64,000 nt of DNA, from NCBI GenBank assembly GCA_965261085.1, contig OZ253442.1:3904001-3968000 (forward strand), written 5' to 3'. The notes beneath the pieces are model-generated. The model did no database searches and was not told the DNA's origin. It was given only the letters and a program-made list of their open reading frames with translations. Of the stretch, positions 20,417 to 35,017 are shown in pieces. A program made the translations under genes and the position numbers. Position 1 is the first letter of the stretch. The number at the start of each line of letters is the position of its first letter. Source of the stretch: a bacterium. Its GTDB lineage: Bacteria > UBA8248.

Positions 20417-20767
20417 CTACACCGTATCGAGTAATTCGCCGCTTCGATGCGTCACGCGCACATGCGCGCCGTCTTCGAGCCGCTTTCTGCGAACCCGCGA
20501 GGGTTGGTTGGTCTTCGGGTCCACGGGCATGACGTTGGAAATATGAATCTTCCCTTCCCGCTCCAGGATGCCCCCTTGCTGATTCCCCTGGCTCGGCTTC
20601 GTATGACGCTTCACCATGTTCACCTTCTCGACGATCACGCGGTTTTCATCCTTGAACACCTGAAGCACTTTGCCGGTCTTGCCCTTCTCGCGGCCGGTGA
20701 TCACCTGAACGATGTCGCCCTTTTTTACATGCGTTTTCTTTGAATTCGAACCCATCTCGTTCCTCAC
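20417..20767 (-). CDS. rplX: 50S ribosomal protein L24
   Basis: KKGD.VQVI.G..KGK.GKV, IHISNV; start may be 20755. Confidence 0.96.
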   Translation of the reverse strand: MRNEMGSNSKKTHVKKGDIVQVITGREKGKTGKVLQVFKDENRVIVEKVNMVKRHTKPSQGNQQGGILEREGKIHISNVMPVDPKTNQPSRVRRKRLEDGAHVRVTHRSGELLDTV

Positions 20768-21132
20768 AAAACCTCTGGGGCGAGCGAAACGATGCGCATG
20801 AACCGCTTGCGTCTCAACTCGCGAGCCACGGGCCCGAAAATGCGCGTCCCCAACGGTTCGCGCGCGTCATTGATCATGACGACGGCATTGTCGTCGAAGC
20901 GAATATAGGTGCCGTCTTCTCGTCCGGTCTCCTTGACGGTCCGAACGACGACGGCGCGCCTGACTTCCCCTTTTTTCACGGGACTATTCGGTACGGCTTC
21001 CTTGATCGCCACGACGATGATGTCGCCGATCCGAGCGTATCGGCGTCGCGTGCCACCCAAGACTTTAATGCACTGGGCTCGCTTCGCCCCCGAATTGTCT
21101 GCCACGCTGCACATCGTTTCGACCTGAATCAT
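20764..21132 (-). CDS. rplN: 50S ribosomal protein L14
   Basis: [27 protein letters not shown]. Confidence 0.98.
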   Translation of the reverse strand: MIQVETMCSVADNSGAKRAQCIKVLGGTRRRYARIGDIIVVAIKEAVPNSPVKKGEVRRAVVVRTVKETGREDGTYIRFDDNAVVMINDAREPLGTRIFGPVARELRRKRFMRIVSLAPEVL

Positions 21133-21144
21133 TTTTCAGTTTCC

Positions 21145-21405
21145 CTACTTCGAGCGTTCAATCACATCCAGAAGACGCCAGCGCTTCCCCCGGCTCAACG
21201 GTCTCGTTTCGATGATGCGCACCCTGTCTCCCGTATTGAGGGCGTTTTCCTCATCGTGGACCAGGTATTTCTTGCGCCTGCGCACGACGCGCTTGAAGGT
21301 CGTATGCTTGAAGAGACGCGTCACCTCTACGGTGACGGTCTTGTCCATCGCGTCGCTTACGACTTTTCCTTCCCGAACCTTCCGCCTGCCCTGAACCTGA
21401 CTCAT
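21145..21405 (-). CDS. rpsQ: 30S ribosomal protein S17
   Basis: GKVVSD.MDKT, ETRPLS..KRW. Confidence 0.97.
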   Translation of the reverse strand: MSQVQGRRKVREGKVVSDAMDKTVTVEVTRLFKHTTFKRVVRRRKKYLVHDEENALNTGDRVRIIETRPLSRGKRWRLLDVIERSK

Positions 21406-21627
21406 CTACGATCCCTCTCCTTCAGCGCCTGCGGTCCGCGCGCCTTCGCGTTCATGCTTTGAAGTCAAAACCCGCGCCAAATCTCGCTTCATAAGTCCGA
21501 TGCGCGCCGTGTTATCAAGTTGGGCCGTCGCCTTGCGGAAGCGCAGGTTGAACAACTCCTGACGTAATTCCTTCTCCTTGAACCCGAGCTCATCATCGCT
21601 CAGTTCGAGGACTTCGCTGTATTTCAC
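21406..21627 (-). CDS. rpmC: 50S ribosomal protein L29
   Basis: ELFNLRF, QLDN, DLARVLT. Confidence 0.95.
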   Translation of the reverse strand: MKYSEVLELSDDELGFKEKELRQELFNLRFRKATAQLDNTARIGLMKRDLARVLTSKHEREGARTAGAEGEGS

Positions 21628-21640
21628 ACCATCATCCCCC

Positions 21641-22048
21641 TCAGGAAGAGGTCACAATCCTGGTTTTGCACGGCAGCTTCTGGGCGGCCAAGCGAAGCGC
21701 TTCGCGGGCGACGTCATCGGCGACGCCGTCCATCTCGTAGAGAATTCTGCCGGCGCGCACCGGCGCCACCCAGTACTCGGGCGAACCTTTGCCCTTGCCC
21801 ATGCGAACCTCGGCCGGTTTCTTGCACATGGGTTTATCGGGGAAAAGGCGAATCCAAATCCGCCCGCCACGCTTGACGTGGCGCGTCATGGCGATTCGGG
21901 CCGCCTCAATCTGGCGCGCCGTGATGTGCGTCGTCTCCAAAGTCTGAAGTCCGTAGGAGCCGAACGAAAGCGCCGAACCGCGCTGGGCCTTTCCGTTCAA
22001 ACGCCCCTTCTGCATCTTTCTGAACTTCGTTCTTTTCGGTTGCAGCAT
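21641..22048 (-). CDS. rplP: 50S ribosomal protein L16
   Basis: [18 protein letters not shown]. Confidence 0.98.
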   Translation of the reverse strand: MLQPKRTKFRKMQKGRLNGKAQRGSALSFGSYGLQTLETTHITARQIEAARIAMTRHVKRGGRIWIRLFPDKPMCKKPAEVRMGKGKGSPEYWVAPVRAGRILYEMDGVADDVAREALRLAAQKLPCKTRIVTSS

Positions 22049-22068
22049 ACCTCGCTCCTAAGCGCCTA

Positions 22069-22731
22069 TCACGAACCCAGCGTCTGAGAAGGCGTTCTTC
22101 TCGTTTGCCGGATCATCTCGCCCCTGAATATCCACACCTTCACGCCGATGATTCCGTATGTCGTCTTGCCTTCGGCGAATCCATAGTCGATGTCCGCGCG
22201 AAGGGTCTGAAGCGGCACACGCCCCTCCCTGTACCACTCGGTTCGCGCAATCTCCGCGCCTCCGAGTCTTCCGGAACACTGAATCTTCACACCCTTGGCG
22301 CCGAAACGAAGGGCCGAGGTCACCGCCTTTTTCATTGCGCGACGAAAGGCGATCCGACGCTCGAGCTGCATGGCGATGTTCTCCGCCACGAGTTGGGCGT
22401 CCATCTCGGCCTTGCGCACTTCCTTGATGTTCACGTTCACCTGGTTGCCGGTGAGCTCTTGCAGATCCGCCTTGAGCTTGTCCACCTCCGCGCCGCGCTT
22501 TCCGATGATGATACCCGGCCGAGCCGTCCAGATGTTGATACGCGCGCGCTGGCTGGCGCGTTCGATCTCCACTTTGCTCACGCCCGCATGCGAGAGACGC
22601 TCCTTCACGTATTTGCGGATGCGCAGATCGTCCAAAAGCAAGTCGCCGTAATTGTGCTTGGCGAACCAGGAAGAGTTCCAGCCTCTGGTGATGCCGACCC
22701 GAAAACCGATGGGGTGAACTTTTTGACCCAT
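22069..22731 (-). CDS. rpsC: 30S ribosomal protein S3
   Basis: [24 protein letters not shown]. Confidence 0.98.
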   Translation of the reverse strand: MGQKVHPIGFRVGITRGWNSSWFAKHNYGDLLLDDLRIRKYVKERLSHAGVSKVEIERASQRARINIWTARPGIIIGKRGAEVDKLKADLQELTGNQVNVNIKEVRKAEMDAQLVAENIAMQLERRIAFRRAMKKAVTSALRFGAKGVKIQCSGRLGGAEIARTEWYREGRVPLQTLRADIDYGFAEGKTTYGIIGVKVWIFRGEMIRQTRRTPSQTLGS

Positions 22732-22740
22732 TTTTATCCC

Positions 22741-23076
22741 CTAATTCGCTTCGCCGATATCCACGCGTATGTGACAACTTCTGTGCTTGACGGGGCCGAT
22801 GCGCCCCCGCGCCCGCGCGCGGAACCGCTTGAGTGTCGGCCCTTCGTCTACCCGAATGATCTTCACGATGAGGCCTTCGGGATCGTCGTGCTCACCCTTG
22901 TCGGTGGCGTTCGCAAGCGCGGAGAGAAGAACCTTCTCCACCACCTTGGCCGATGATCGCGTGGAAAGACGCAAAAGGTTGAGGGCGTCCGCCACCCGCT
23001 TGCCGCGAATCATATCCGCTATCTGGCGCGTCTTGCGCGGCTTGGCGCGGTAATACTTCAAAATCGCCTTGGACAT
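22741..23076 (-). CDS. rplV: 50S ribosomal protein L22
   Basis: PRK.R..AD.IRG, VDEGPTLKR..RARGR. Confidence 0.96.
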   Translation of the reverse strand: MSKAILKYYRAKPRKTRQIADMIRGKRVADALNLLRLSTRSSAKVVEKVLLSALANATDKGEHDDPEGLIVKIIRVDEGPTLKRFRARARGRIGPVKHRSCHIRVDIGEAN

Positions 23077-23113
23077 GTCATTCCCTTGCCTGTTTTGCCT
23101 TATCCACCAAAAC

Positions 23114-23398
23114 CTATTTCAGTGTGACCTGCCGCTTCGTCATTCCCGAGTGTGAGCGGAACGTACGAGTGGGAGAAAAATCTCCGAGTTTAAAGCCCAC
23201 CATGTTCTCCGTCACGTATACGGGTATGAATTTCTTGCCGTTGTGCACGGCGAACGTATGACCAACGAAATCCGGGATGATGGTGGAGCGCCTCGACCAG
23301 GTCCTGATCATCCTCTTCTCGCCGCTCTCGTCCATCGCCTCCACTTTCTTGCGAAGGTGAGCATCTATGAATGGACCCTTATGAAGAGAACGTGGCAT
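23114..23398 (-). CDS. rpsS: 30S ribosomal protein S19
   Basis: [19 protein letters not shown]. Confidence 0.98.
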   Translation of the reverse strand: MPRSLHKGPFIDAHLRKKVEAMDESGEKRMIRTWSRRSTIIPDFVGHTFAVHNGKKFIPVYVTENMVGFKLGDFSPTRTFRSHSGMTKRQVTLK

Positions 23399-23424
23399 CG
23401 CTATCCAATCTCCCTAAAATCCGG

Positions 23425-24255
23425 CTACCTGGATTTTCTTCGCCGCACGATAAATTTAGAAGAAGGCTTACCCTTCTTGCGCGTCTTGTACCCTTTCGTC
23501 GGCTTGCCCCACGGGGTCACCGGGTGCCTGCCGCCCGAACTCTTACCCTCACCACCGCCCAGGGGATGATCCACCGGGTTCATGGCCACGCCGCGGACGT
23601 TCGGTCGACGGCCCAGCCAGCGCTTGCGTCCCGCCTTGCCGAGGCTCACGTTGCTGTGGTCGGAATTTCCAACCTCGCCTATCGTGGCGTAACAAGACAG
23701 ATGAATCATGCGGACCTCACCGGAGGAGAGCCGGAACTGCGCATAGTCGCCCTCTTTCGCCATGAGCTGGGCGCTCACGCCCGCACTCCGGGCGATTTGT
23801 CCGCCGCGCCCGGGCTTCATCTCGATGTTGTGGCACGTGGTGCCCAGCGGAATTCGCTCCACGGGCAGCGCGTTGCCGGTGCGAATCTCCGCGTCCGGTC
23901 CGGAACTGATGGTCGCACCCACTTCCAAACCATCGGGCGCGATGATGTAGCGTTTCTCCCCGTCGAGATAGACGATGAGCGCCAATCGCGCGGAGCGGTT
24001 CGGGTCATATTCGATCGAACGCACTTTTCCGGGCACGCCAGTTTTTTCTCGCCGAAAATCCACCACCCGGTAACGGCGCTTGTGACCTCCGCCCCTCTGG
24101 TATGTGGTGATGCGACCCCGGTTGTTTCTTCCACCGGATTTCGACATCCCTTTCGTCAGGGACTTCTCTGGCCGATCCGTCGTGATCTCCTCTCGCAGGA
24201 GAACATCCTGGAATCTCCGCCCTGGGGAAGTCGGCTTGTATTTTTTCACCGGCAT
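23425..24255 (-). CDS. rplB: 50S ribosomal protein L2
   Basis: [30 protein letters not shown]. Confidence 0.98.
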   Translation of the reverse strand: MPVKKYKPTSPGRRFQDVLLREEITTDRPEKSLTKGMSKSGGRNNRGRITTYQRGGGHKRRYRVVDFRREKTGVPGKVRSIEYDPNRSARLALIVYLDGEKRYIIAPDGLEVGATISSGPDAEIRTGNALPVERIPLGTTCHNIEMKPGRGGQIARSAGVSAQLMAKEGDYAQFRLSSGEVRMIHLSCYATIGEVGNSDHSNVSLGKAGRKRWLGRRPNVRGVAMNPVDHPLGGGEGKSSGGRHPVTPWGKPTKGYKTRKKGKPSSKFIVRRRKSR

Positions 24256-24272
24256 AGCGTGCGCCTCAAAAA

Positions 24273-24560
24273 CTAAGTAGATTCAAAAAATTCGATCGTG
24301 TCGCCTTCGCTCAACGTCACAATCGCTTTTTTCCATCCTGGCTTGGTGCCCTTAAAACGGCCCATGCGGACGCTCTTTCCGGGCACCCGCATCGTGTTCA
24401 CGTTCAGCACCGTGACGCCGAACAACTCCTGCACCGCCTTTTTTATCTCTATCTTGTTGGCTCCGACGGCAACCTCGAAGACGACCTTGTTCGCCTCCTC
24501 GGTGCTCGCGATGCTCTTCTCCGTCACGCAGGGTCTACGGATGATAAATGTGTTCTCCAT
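24273..24560 (-). CDS. rplW: 50S ribosomal protein L23
   Basis: [24 protein letters not shown]. Confidence 0.97.
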   Translation of the reverse strand: MENTFIIRRPCVTEKSIASTEEANKVVFEVAVGANKIEIKKAVQELFGVTVLNVNTMRVPGKSVRMGRFKGTKPGWKKAIVTLSEGDTIEFFEST

Positions 24561-24563
24561 GCC

Positions 24564-25202
24564 CTAGCCCGCCAATCTTTCCGAGATGCCGCCGAGCGCG
24601 TCCTTGGTGCAAACCAGGTGTTCGTGGCCCATGATGTCATATACGTTGAGACCTTCGGGCCTCACCGGCTTCGCGCCCTTGATGTTTCTCGTCGCCAAAT
24701 CAAAATTCCGCTCACCCCCATCATCCACGATTAACGCCTTGCGCCCCAGATTCAGGTTCTCGATGACTTCCGCCATGAGGCGCGTCTTCGGCTCGGGTAA
24801 ATTGAGGTCGCGCACGATGAGCAGTTTCCCCTCTTTCCACTTCAAATTAAGAGCACTCCTCAACGCACCGCTTTTCATCTTCTTGTTCATCTTCTGGCTG
24901 TAATCGCGCGGTTTGGGGCCGAAGGTGATTCCACCGTGCCGCCATATGGGGGATTTGACATCGCCCGCCCGCGCGCGTCCCCCGCCCTTTTGCTTGAAGG
25001 GCTTCGCGCCCGTGCCGTGCACTTCCTTGCGCGTCAGCGTCGAATGCGTGCCCGCGCGCCGCGCCGCGAGTTGCGCCTTCACCATCTGGTGAATCAGGTG
25101 CATCTTAACCTGCCCGTCAAAAACAGACTCGGGCAAATCCATCTGCTCCACCACCTGTCCTTCGAGGTCATACACATCAATCTGAGGCATCTCGTTCCTC
25201 AA
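24564..25202 (-). CDS. rplD: 50S ribosomal protein L4
   Basis: R.GTH, KP.KQKG.GRAR.G, FGPKPRDY; start may be ATG 25190. Confidence 0.96.
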   Translation of the reverse strand: MRNEMPQIDVYDLEGQVVEQMDLPESVFDGQVKMHLIHQMVKAQLAARRAGTHSTLTRKEVHGTGAKPFKQKGGGRARAGDVKSPIWRHGGITFGPKPRDYSQKMNKKMKSGALRSALNLKWKEGKLLIVRDLNLPEPKTRLMAEVIENLNLGRKALIVDDGGERNFDLATRNIKGAKPVRPEGLNVYDIMGHEHLVCTKDALGGISERLAG

Positions 25203-25915
25203 TTTCCTCGTGCGGCCCGCTTGGAGGCCTTCAGAGGATTCAGGCTCCTGGCCTGCTCTTTCGGTTTTTCCAGACCGCCCCTGTTGCCCTTGACGCTTTT
25301 GCGCAGAACCAGAAATCCATTGTTCGCTCCGGGCACGGCGCCTCTGAGCAGAAGCAGATTATCCTCGGGGATGATATCCACCACCAAAAGCCTCTGTGTG
25401 GTGACCTTTTCGCTCCCCATGTGACCTGGCATTTTCTTGCCCTTGATGATTTTCGAGGGATACGCCGAAGCTCCCAGCGAACCCGGCAGGCGATCGAACA
25501 TGCCACCGTGGGATGCCGGCCCGCCAGCGAATCCATGACGCTTCATCACGCCGGCGAAGCCACGGCCCTTGCTCGTGCCCGTCACATCCAGGCGATCGCC
25601 GCGATCGAAAATCGTCACGTCGAGGAGGCTTCCAGCTTCGAGTTCGGCGTCCCCATCCTCCAGCGGCACTTCCCTGAGGTAGCGAAAAGGCTGTGTACCC
25701 GCTTTTTGAAAATGCCCCAAGGCCGCTTTCGAGAGACCCTTTTCCTTTCGGGGCATATACCCGAGTTGAGCGGCCGCATAGCCGTCGTTCTCCTCGGTCT
25801 TCTTCTGCACGACGGTGCAAGGGCCCGCCTCGATCACCGTCACCGAAATCGCTCCGCCATCCGGCGAGAACACCTGGGTCATCCCGATTTTTCGGCCAAG
25901 TAAAAATTGCATCAC
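25199..25915 (-). CDS. rplC: 50S ribosomal protein L3
   Basis: GRKIGMTQVF, SKGRGFAGVMKRH, GKKMPG.MG. Confidence 0.97.
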   Translation of the reverse strand: MMQFLLGRKIGMTQVFSPDGGAISVTVIEAGPCTVVQKKTEENDGYAAAQLGYMPRKEKGLSKAALGHFQKAGTQPFRYLREVPLEDGDAELEAGSLLDVTIFDRGDRLDVTGTSKGRGFAGVMKRHGFAGGPASHGGMFDRLPGSLGASAYPSKIIKGKKMPGHMGSEKVTTQRLLVVDIIPEDNLLLLRGAVPGANNGFLVLRKSVKGNRGGLEKPKEQARSLNPLKASKRAARGN

Positions 25916-25925
25916 ATCATCCCGT

Positions 25926-26234
25926 CTAGTTTAGCTTGATCTCGACGTCCACACCGGCGGCGAGTTCCAGCTTCATGAGCGCATCCACCGTCTGCTGCGT
26001 GGGCTCCATGATGTCCACGAGCCGTTTGTGCGTCCGGATCTCGAACTGCTCTCTCGATTTCTTGTCAATGTGCGGGCCGCGCAGCACCGTGTATTTGTTA
26101 ATGGAAGTGGGCAGCGGCACCGGCCCTACCAGCGAAGCGCCCGTCCGCTTCACAGTATCGACTATCTCGCCTACCGATTGGTCAAGGAGACGATGATCGT
26201 ATGCCTTCAGTCGAATCCGAATCTTCTGACTCAT
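25926..26234 (-). CDS. rpsJ: 30S ribosomal protein S10
   Basis: [29 protein letters not shown]. Confidence 0.98.
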   Translation of the reverse strand: MSQKIRIRLKAYDHRLLDQSVGEIVDTVKRTGASLVGPVPLPTSINKYTVLRGPHIDKKSREQFEIRTHKRLVDIMEPTQQTVDALMKLELAAGVDVEIKLN

Positions 26235-26259
26235 TTTTTCCCGCTATCCTTCCATCGCT

Positions 26260-27438
26260 CTACTCGACGACCTCTGTGACGACACCGGCCCCCACCGTGC
26301 GGCCGCCCTCGCGTATCGCAAATCGCAACTCGCGCTCCATCGCTATCGGCGTGATCAACTCCACATCCAGCGCAACGTTGTCCCCGGGCATCACCATCTC
26401 ACGTCCCTCCGGCAGCGTCACCAAACCCGTCACGTCCGTCGTACGAAAATAAAACTGCGGCCGGTACCCGTTGAAAAACGGCGTGTGCCGACCACCCTCT
26501 TCTTTCGTCAGTATGTACACCTCGCCCTTGAACTTCATGTGCGGCAGTATCGAGGCCGGCTGCGCCAGTACCTGCCCGCGCTCTATCTCGTCTTTTTTCA
26601 CACCCCGAAGCAAGACCCCCACGTTGTCACCCGCCTGGCCCTGGTCCAGAAGTTTCCGGAACATCTCAACCCCCGTCGCCACCGTCTTGCGAGTGTCCGT
26701 GATGCCCACTATCTCCACCTCGTCCCCCACGTTCACGATCCCCCGCTCCACCCGGCCCGTCGCCACCGTGCCACGGCCCGAAATCGAGAACACGTCCTCC
26801 ACAGGCATCAGGAACGGCTTGTCCACGTCCCGTAGCGGCTCGGGGATATAACTGTCCACCGCATCCATCAGAGCGTCTATCGAGGATGAGTCCGTCCCCT
26901 CCAAGGCCCGCAGCGCGGAACCCGGAACCACCGGTAGGTCGTCGCCCGGGAACTCATAGGTCGAGAGAAGCTCGCGCACTTCCAGTTCCACCAACTCCAA
27001 AAGCTCCTCATCGTCCACCATGTCCACCTTGTTCAGAAAAACACAGATGTAGGGAACTCCCACCTGACGAGCCAGCAAGATGTGCTCGCGCGTCTGCGGC
27101 ATCGGCCCGTCCGCCGCCGATACCACCAGTATCGCCCCGTCCATCTGGGCAGCGCCCGTTATCATGTTCTTCACGTAGTCCGCATGGCCCGGACAGTCCA
27201 CGTGCGCGTAGTGGCGCTTCTCCGTCTCGTACTCCACGTGCGCCGTCGCTATCGTGATGCCACGCTCGCGCTCCTCCGGCGCCTTGTCGATCTCGTCGAA
27301 CCCGATCTCCTCCGCCATCCCCTTCTGCGCCAGATGCTTCGTGATCGCCGCCGTCAACGTCGTCTTCCCATGGTCCACGTGTCCTATCGTCCCTACGTTC
27401 ACGTGCGGCTTCGTGCGTACAAACTTCGCCTTCGCCAT
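26260..27438 (-). CDS. tuf: Elongation factor Tu (str-operon copy)
   Basis: [27 protein letters not shown]. Confidence 0.99.
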   Translation of the reverse strand: MAKAKFVRTKPHVNVGTIGHVDHGKTTLTAAITKHLAQKGMAEEIGFDEIDKAPEERERGITIATAHVEYETEKRHYAHVDCPGHADYVKNMITGAAQMDGAILVVSAADGPMPQTREHILLARQVGVPYICVFLNKVDMVDDEELLELVELEVRELLSTYEFPGDDLPVVPGSALRALEGTDSSSIDALMDAVDSYIPEPLRDVDKPFLMPVEDVFSISGRGTVATGRVERGIVNVGDEVEIVGITDTRKTVATGVEMFRKLLDQGQAGDNVGVLLRGVKKDEIERGQVLAQPASILPHMKFKGEVYILTKEEGGRHTPFFNGYRPQFYFRTTDVTGLVTLPEGREMVMPGDNVALDVELITPIAMERELRFAIREGGRTVGAGVVTEVVE

Positions 27439-27509
27439 GGCTTACCTTCTCCTTCTGATGAAAATTTCAAAGAGGGCGGCTCACGCCCGCCCTCTACAGA
27501 AATACCAGT

Positions 27510-29615
27510 CTATGCCGTTTCGACTGCCGTGCCTGCGTTTTTCGTCATCAATTCCTCGGCAAGCTGCCGCGGCATCTCTTCATAGCGACCAAACTGCATC
27601 GTATAAGTCGCTCTACCTTGAGTCATCGATCGTACGTCGGTCGCGTAACCAAACATTTCTGAGAGCGGAACGGAGGCGTTCACCACCTTGGCGCCCGCCC
27701 TGTCTTCCATCTCGCGAATCCGGCCGCGCCGGGAAGTGAGGTCTCCCATGACGTCCCCGAGAAAATCCGCAGGACATACCACTTCCATATCCATGATGGG
27801 CTCGAGGAGAATGGGTTTCGCCTTCTTCACGGCCTCCCTGAAGGCCATGGAACCGGCGATTTTGAAAGCTATTTCCGAACTATCGACCTGATGGAACGAA
27901 CCACCGAAAAGCGTGACTTCGATGTCGAGCAACGGATATCCGGCCAAAACACCGTTTCCCATCGCTTCCCTGACGCCATTCTCGACCGCTGGTATGTATT
28001 CTCTTGGAATCACGCCGCCCACAATCTTGTTGACGAACTGAAAGCCGCCGCCGGGAGTGAGCGGTCTGATGGTGATCTCCACGTCCCCGAACTGCCCCCG
28101 TCCTCCGGATTGGCGCACGAAACGACCGCGCGCGGTGGCTTCGGCCCGAATCGTTTCCCGATAGGCGACCTGGGGTTTACCCACACTGGCTTCCAGCGCG
28201 AATTCCCGAAAAAGCCTGTCCACCAGAATCTCGAGGTGCAACTCACCCATACCGGAGAGGATGGTCTGCGCCGTTTCCTCGTCCGAACGCACACGGAAGG
28301 TCGGGTCTTCGGCCGAAAGCCTCGCCAGGGCGTTGCCGAGCTTATCCTGGTCGGATTTCGTCTTCGGCTCGATGGCGATGGAAATGACGGGTTCGGGGAA
28401 ACTGATGGTTTCAAGAAGGATGGGGTGAGCAGGATCGCAGAGGGAATGACCTGTCTTAGCCTGCTTGATGCCCAAGGCGGCGACGATGTCGCCCGCATGG
28501 GCCTCCTGTATCTCCTCGCGCTTATTCGCGTGCATTCGCATGAGGCGTCCTACGCGCTCCTGCTTGCCGGTAATCGTGTTCGACACGAAGGTACCGGATT
28601 TCAGCACGCCGGAATATATGCGGATAAATACCAGTTGGCCCACATAAGGATCCGTCATCACCTTGAAGGCCAGCGCGCAAAGCGGGTCCTTGTCCGAGGG
28701 CGCCCTTTCCTCCGGTTTTCTGCCCAATTCCAAATCTTCATCTGACAAGACGGCCTGAACCGGAGGGATATCGAGGGGAGAGGGGAGATAGTCGACGATG
28801 GCGTCGAGCAGAAGCTGAACGCCTTTGTTCCTAAACGCCGACCCGCATACGACAGGAACAAATTCGCCCGAAACCGTGCCCTTGCGAACCGCGGCCCGAA
28901 TTTCATCGGGAGAAATCTCATCGCCTTCCAAGTATTTCTCCATCAACGAATCATCGAACATCGAGAGCGTGTCGAAGAGCTTTTCTCTCAAATCATCCGC
29001 TTCGTCCCTCAAATCCTCGGGCACTTCCGCCTCTGAGTAGGATGCGCCCATCGGGTCGTCGAACACCCGCGCCTCCATGGTCACGAGATCCACCATGCCG
29101 GTAAAGTGCTCCTCCGCCCCAATCGGGACCTGCAGCACGAGCGGGTTCGCGGCGAGACGCTCCCGCACCTCCTCCACAACCCTCTGGAAATCAGCGCCCG
29201 TTCTATCCATCTTGTTGACGAACACGATGCGGGGCACGCCGTATTTCTCCGCCTGACGCCACACCGTTTCGCTTTGCGGCTCCACGCCGCCCACGGCGCA
29301 AAACACCGCCACCGCGCCGTCGAGAACGCGCAGGCTTCTCTCCACCTCGGCCGTGAAATCCACGTGGCCGGGCGTGTCGATGATATTGACGACGTGATCG
29401 TTCCAGGCGCAGCGCGTCGCCGCAGACGTGATGGTGATGCCGCGCTCTTGTTCTTGCGCCATCCAATCCATGGTGGCCGCGCCGTCATGCACTTCACCCA
29501 TTTTATGGGTTCTTCCCGTGTAGAACAGGATGCGCTCGGTCGTCGTCGTCTTGCCGGCATCAATGTGCGCCATAATGCCGATGTTTCTGGTTTTTCTGAG
29601 CGCTTCGCTGGACAC
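27510..29615 (-). CDS. fusA: Elongation factor G
   Basis: [25 protein letters not shown]; GTG 29615 follows GAGGGAAGGA. Confidence 0.97.
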   Translation of the reverse strand: MSSEALRKTRNIGIMAHIDAGKTTTTERILFYTGRTHKMGEVHDGAATMDWMAQEQERGITITSAATRCAWNDHVVNIIDTPGHVDFTAEVERSLRVLDGAVAVFCAVGGVEPQSETVWRQAEKYGVPRIVFVNKMDRTGADFQRVVEEVRERLAANPLVLQVPIGAEEHFTGMVDLVTMEARVFDDPMGASYSEAEVPEDLRDEADDLREKLFDTLSMFDDSLMEKYLEGDEISPDEIRAAVRKGTVSGEFVPVVCGSAFRNKGVQLLLDAIVDYLPSPLDIPPVQAVLSDEDLELGRKPEERAPSDKDPLCALAFKVMTDPYVGQLVFIRIYSGVLKSGTFVSNTITGKQERVGRLMRMHANKREEIQEAHAGDIVAALGIKQAKTGHSLCDPAHPILLETISFPEPVISIAIEPKTKSDQDKLGNALARLSAEDPTFRVRSDEETAQTILSGMGELHLEILVDRLFREFALEASVGKPQVAYRETIRAEATARGRFVRQSGGRGQFGDVEITIRPLTPGGGFQFVNKIVGGVIPREYIPAVENGVREAMGNGVLAGYPLLDIEVTLFGGSFHQVDSSEIAFKIAGSMAFREAVKKAKPILLEPIMDMEVVCPADFLGDVMGDLTSRRGRIREMEDRAGAKVVNASVPLSEMFGYATDVRSMTQGRATYTMQFGRYEEMPRQLAEELMTKNAGTAVETA

Positions 29616-29634
29616 GTTCAATCCTTCCCTCGGC

Positions 29635-30102
29635 CTACCAACGATAGTGGGCAAAGGCTTTGTTCGCCTCTGCCATACGGTGCGTGTTTTCTCTAAGGCG
29701 AACGGCGCCGCCCGTATCGTTCGCGGCGTCCATGATCTCGGCCGCCAGGCCGTTCGCTATTTTCCTGTCCCGACTCCGGGCGTTCTGGATGATCCAGCGG
29801 ATGCTGAGCGCTGTACGCCTGTCGGGCCGTACTTCGACGGGCACCTGATAGGTGGCGCCTCCCACACGTCTGGAACGAACCTCGAGAGCGGGTTTCACGT
29901 TGTCCATGGCGCGCTTGAACACCTTGATGGGGTCTTCCTTCATCTTCTCTTCCACCACGTCCATCGCCCCATAGAACACGCGTTCCGCCAGACTCTTCTT
30001 CCCCTTGAGCATCAAGGAGTTGATGAACTTGGTCACCAGCCGGTCGTTAAACTTCGGATCCGGCAAAACGGCTCTTTTCGTGGCTCTTTTTCTTCTCGCC
30101 AT
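29635..30102 (-). CDS. rpsG: 30S ribosomal protein S7
   Basis: [24 protein letters not shown]. Confidence 0.98.
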   Translation of the reverse strand: MARRKRATKRAVLPDPKFNDRLVTKFINSLMLKGKKSLAERVFYGAMDVVEEKMKEDPIKVFKRAMDNVKPALEVRSRRVGGATYQVPVEVRPDRRTALSIRWIIQNARSRDRKIANGLAAEIMDAANDTGGAVRLRENTHRMAEANKAFAHYRW

Positions 30103-30144
30103 GGAAAATGAATCTCCCTACTGAATCTCAAACGAGAATACTGC

Positions 30145-30519
30145 CTACCTCGGCTTTTTCGCCCCATATTTAGAGCGCCCATTGCGGCGCGCTTCCACAC
30201 CCACGCTGTCGAGTGTCCCCCGGACGACATGATAGCGAATACCGGGCAAGTCCTTTACGCGTCCACCGCGAATTAAGACGATGGAGTGTTCCTGAAGGTT
30301 GTGGCCCTCGCCCGGGATGTAGGTGGTCACCTCCATCCCGTTGGTGAGGCGCACGCGCGCAACCTTTCGGAGCGCCGAGTTCGGCTTTTTGGGCGTCGTC
30401 GTGTACACACGCACGCAAACACCACGCTTCTGGGGACAATTGCGCAACGCCGGACTGTCGGTTTTCGTCTGAATCCGCTTGCGTCCCTTGCGTATTAATT
30501 GGCTAATCGTCGGCACCAT
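30145..30519 (-). CDS. rpsL: 30S ribosomal protein S12
   Basis: [17 protein letters not shown]. Confidence 0.98.
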   Translation of the reverse strand: MVPTISQLIRKGRKRIQTKTDSPALRNCPQKRGVCVRVYTTTPKKPNSALRKVARVRLTNGMEVTTYIPGEGHNLQEHSIVLIRGGRVKDLPGIRYHVVRGTLDSVGVEARRNGRSKYGAKKPR

Positions 30520-30717
30520 TCACTCCGAATCATGAGAAAGCCGCCCCGAAAAATCATGCTCTTTCGAGACCAGAGCGTTCTTTGCCCTCATCTCGGGGCC
30601 TTTCATTTCGTCTTCGGCTGAATCCCGAGATGGGGCAGCCAAATATCTGTAATTATTTCAATTACTTGCAAGGTTTCGCGACTTCAAGAACCATACGCTC
30701 CAAACAACGAAGCGGCG

Positions 30718-30745
30718 ATTATAGCCCGCTACGCGTTCTTGTCAA
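30718..30745 (-). promoter_or_regulatory. Sigma70 promoter of the str operon
   Basis: Minus strand TTGACA-N16-TATAAT, both hexamers consensus. Confidence 0.8.
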
Positions 30746-30781
30746 CCTCGGACGCTCAAAAAAATGCATATTTTCAAGGGG

Positions 30782-34933
<4,152 letters not shown>

Positions 34934-35017
34934 TTCAACCCTCCTTGGGAGTAGGTGCGTCATCCCTTGGGCGACGGTCGATGGAACCGCCAAACAAACA
35001 GGCTCAAAAATTCAGGT